Assembly (NCBI RefSeq): GCF_038025025.1
Contig: NW_027117341.1
Location: 1,054,001 to 1,118,000, forward strand
DNA from: Phyllosticta citribraziliensis
Taxonomy: Eukaryota
Length of the DNA stretch: 64,000 nt
Direction: 5' to 3'
Made by a program: the position numbers and the translations under genes. Every line of letters begins with the position of its first letter. The stretch's first letter is position 1. Shown here in pieces: positions 61,026 through 64,000 of this stretch. The notes beneath the pieces were generated by a model. It made no database searches, was not told the origin of the DNA, and worked only from the letters and a program-made list of their open reading frames with translations.

Positions 61026-62343
61026 GAGTGACTTGTGCGAGTTTCGCCAAAGGAGTGTGTTTTCTTATTGTTTGGTGCTAACGAGCGTTTGGAGTTTGAC
61101 AGAATGGTCGTTGATCTTTAGTGAGGGACTCGATGCGCAGCAAGATTCAGGACGGAATGGAGAGGGTCTTGGTGAAGCGAAGGGCTGGTCTAGCAGCGCG
61201 TGCAAGCCAAAGTCAGAAAGCAGAGCAGTCAATCTATCCTGCGGTATGAGGAAACGAGTGTGAGTGGTGAGTGAAGAAGAACAGGACGAGATGGGCCCTT
61301 CAACGTCTATTTACTCGAAGAAGTCTTTGGAATGGCAATGCTTCAAGAGATGCAACAGGAGTTGTCTCACAAAGCTGCTGTTGTCTAGAAGACAGCGCGA
61401 CTGTGAGGGAGACATGGCTGTATACTCTCTCAATAAGAATCGTGACAAAAAACAAAGACAAAGCAGCAGTGTCTCTCACTTCTCCAACAATGGCCACAGG
61501 GCCTCAACCGCCACGTGAGACCATCTCCGCATCCTTGTGTCACTCTCCTGACTCGCCTCCGCCTGTTTGCTTCTCCAATGACATCAATGCGTGGTTCTGC
61601 TATGATGTGTGTGGCCGTGTCGTTTGCAGTCTTCCAAGTTGCACCCTGGCCAGCGTGCCCAGAGCCTTCGACGCTCAAATCAGGAAGACCCTTTGCACTT
61701 GGCGGCGTTTCATTCAGAGCTCGCTAACCACGCATTGTGGGAGCCAGGGCAACCGACACCGACCTCGTCAGCATTGGTTGGTCGAGCCAAACGTCACATG
61801 CTCCAGCTCGATCTTTTGGATCTGCTTTTGTGCAAAGTGCGGGGTGCTGGGGTGCGAATAAGATGACCGGCTATGCCTTGGGTGGACGTACAGCTGAGCA
61901 TTGCGTGCTGTCGATCTGGCTAGTTAGCAGCTATTGGGGGCTAAGGCTGCAGCTTGTGTTGTGTTTGGGTCTACGGCGTCATTGGGGCGCCGCCGCATGC
62001 GGCTTAGCCGCCATGCGTGCTGGTGAGGAAGCACGTCAGATCATTGACCCTTGAGTCTATTCGGCACGGGAAAAGAAAAGCAGGGACTCCAAGGGGTGCA
62101 AAATGTCAAACAATATCACGGCTAGCGTGATGTCATTTGTATTTTTTCTAGCAGATGATGATCCGACTCCGAATCGGCGCGGGGGATTGATGTAAAATAC
62201 ATGAGGTGTTGGTACTATTAGTGCATTCTGCTAGCCAGTTGGAGGAGGCGCTAGAGTAGGCCTGCGGTATATGATGGAAAAGCAGAAATCAGGACCGAAA
62301 ACAGGAGCGAATTGACAGAGTGGTAGAGCGGATCATCATCCCT

Positions 62344-62772
62344 TTACAAGAGACCAAGGGCCAGGACACCAGCGCCAAAGATGCTGCCCAGGGCAGGGAC
62401 GATGCCGTTTGCGGCGTTGGTGGGGGAGGCGGTGGCCTGGCTGGCGGCAGAAGTGGCCGAGGCGAGCTGCGAAGAGGCGCTGCGGGTGACGGAGGCAATC
62501 TCAGAAGAGAGGCTCGAAGCGTCGGCACCGGTGGCAGTGGCAGCAACGGAGGAGAGGCTGCTGAGCTGGCTGCTGAGCGAGGCCTGGTCAGAGGTGGCCG
62601 AGGCGAGAATCGAAGATGCGTTCGACGAGGCCGAGGCGAAGACGCTCGAGAGAGACGAGCTGATGGAGCTGGCGTCAGAGGCAAGCGAGCTGGAGATGGA
62701 GCTGACGGCCGTGGTGTTCTGAGCAGCGGCAAAGGCACCGAAGCCAGCGATGATGACGGGAGTGAAACGCAT
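62344..62772 (-). CDS. Small Ser/Ala-rich secreted, probably GPI-anchored cell-wall protein
   Basis: Signal peptide MRFTPVIIAGFGAFAAAQ, Ser/Ala-rich body, and an NAA omega-like site followed by a hydrophobic tail (...GAGVLALGLL). Confidence 0.85.
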   Translation of the reverse strand: MRFTPVIIAGFGAFAAAQNTTAVSSISSSLASDASSISSSLSSVFASASSNASSILASATSDQASLSSQLSSLSSVAATATGADASSLSSEIASVTRSASSQLASATSAASQATASPTNAANGIVPALGSIFGAGVLALGLL

Positions 62773-63401
62773 GTTGAAGGTGTTTTGGTGGGACTTGAAG
62801 TCGGATTGTCGAAAGATTTGAGGATGCTGTGGTAGTCTTAGCCGGTGGTCGATGGCAGCTGAATGTAGTGGTAGGACTCACCTTTTGTGTTGATGTCGAG
62901 GAGCGAATGGATGAAGAAAAAAACCGGCAAGGCAGCAGTCGGTGTCGACTCTTATACCTATAGTGCTACGTCATGGCCTGACTGTAAGCAGAGCGTCGGA
63001 CTCAGCTAGGCATGCCGGGGCAACGTGGAGGCGTAGAGGTCTCCTTGGAGGATGCGGGTACGATGGTGTTCCTGACTTGGCTGGTGGATTCGCAGTCCTA
63101 TGGGAGGTGGCGCAGGACCACCACAGAGGTGGATGCGTTGCCGAGGATTACAGGCAGCCTCGAACGGCCAACAAGAACAATGAAACAGCGTCAGGGCGCA
63201 GCGCCATGGCCTCGTTGCCACTGATGGATACACAGGTGATGACAAAGGATGATGGTCGCGTTTGGGGGTCGTCGAGAGGTGATCCCGTGGTACCAACGCG
63301 CGTCCTTGGTAACGCCTCAGCCGTGGCGCATCATCATCGTCCAGTCCTTCTTTTGCGTTTGTCAAGTTGTGCTGTATCCAGCATCTTGCCACGCTCCCCC
63401 T

Positions 63402-64000
63402 CTAGTCGGCTCCGCGGACCCGGACTACCCCATTGCCGTCATGGCCTCGACCATCACTGCTGTCGGATCCGCAAGCGCTTCCATGGCCAACTGCCCTTTT
63501 CCAACGTTTCTGCATCCTTCGACGGACAAACTCTGCCCTCAGCCTGTTTCGTCCTTGATAGTCCGACGCTATGCTGCTTGTGTCGCTGAAAAACTCGGCC
63601 CACTCCGTGTCCTCGTCAAACGTCGTCGTCGTCGGCTTGCGGAGTCCAAGAAACTGCCTGCCATGCGATTTGACGGGCCAGCATTCCCCGCCACCAAACA
63701 TTTCTACCCGGCTCCAGAACTCCCATGTCCACACGTCTTGGATGAAGCCCATGGGAATGGCGTACTGCGACCTGTAGGCTCTCCTGCTCGGCGCCCGCTC
63801 TTGGCCTTCGTCGCTGTGGCAGTGGGGCCATTTGGACACGAACATGCCATAGTGCATGTGCAGACCGTCGCCAATGCCATCAATGTATCCACCAAAGACA
63901 AACGTCTCCCATGCTCGACCCAGCTCGCAGCGCACTTGGTCCATGAAGAACGGTTCGATCTTGATGCTCACTTCAGGCTGGAGGGAGGCGGGGTTATAAT
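63402..64000 (-). CDS. Hypothetical fungal protein, 3' part (starts beyond the right edge)
   Basis: Open frame to the window edge with globular-looking sequence (EPFFMDQVRCELGRAWETFVFGG...YAIPMGFIQDVWTWEFW). Confidence 0.6.
   Translation of the reverse strand, partial: YNPASLQPEVSIKIEPFFMDQVRCELGRAWETFVFGGYIDGIGDGLHMHYGMFVSKWPHCHSDEGQERAPSRRAYRSQYAIPMGFIQDVWTWEFWSRVEMFGGGECWPVKSHGRQFLGLRKPTTTTFDEDTEWAEFFSDTSSIASDYQGRNRLRAEFVRRRMQKRWKRAVGHGSACGSDSSDGRGHDGNGVVRVRGAD

Overview
Eukaryotic, intron-rich DNA with short GT-AG introns and CTRAC branch points, from a filamentous ascomycete (Pezizomycotina; a Dothideomycete is my unconfirmed guess). It is mostly housekeeping genes. In order: phospholipase D (5' part), cPLA2-type phospholipase, EXO70, septin CDC3, POM33, a cyclin-fold protein, glycogen phosphorylase, a DHA1 MFS transporter, peroxisomal 3-ketoacyl-CoA thiolase, a hypothetical membrane-anchored protein, SRP68 head-to-head with a Cya5/Pet309-like PPR gene, AVL9, an orphan gene with a 55-aa internal duplication, a group III G-alpha head-to-head with HOG1, a Cps1-like GT2 polysaccharide synthase, a ThDP-dependent enzyme, a Cld1/ABHD-type hydrolase head-to-head with SPO7, and three small or partial genes. 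I saw no tRNA, rRNA, transposon or CRISPR. The least explained stretch is the 4.8-kb gap between HOG1 and the GT2 gene, which has no convincing protein gene. By hand-pairing it contains a ~550-nt collinear fold-back and a pseudoknot/switch-like element, so it is a candidate unannotated structured ncRNA. All exon boundaries and base-pairings were read by eye and need computational confirmation.
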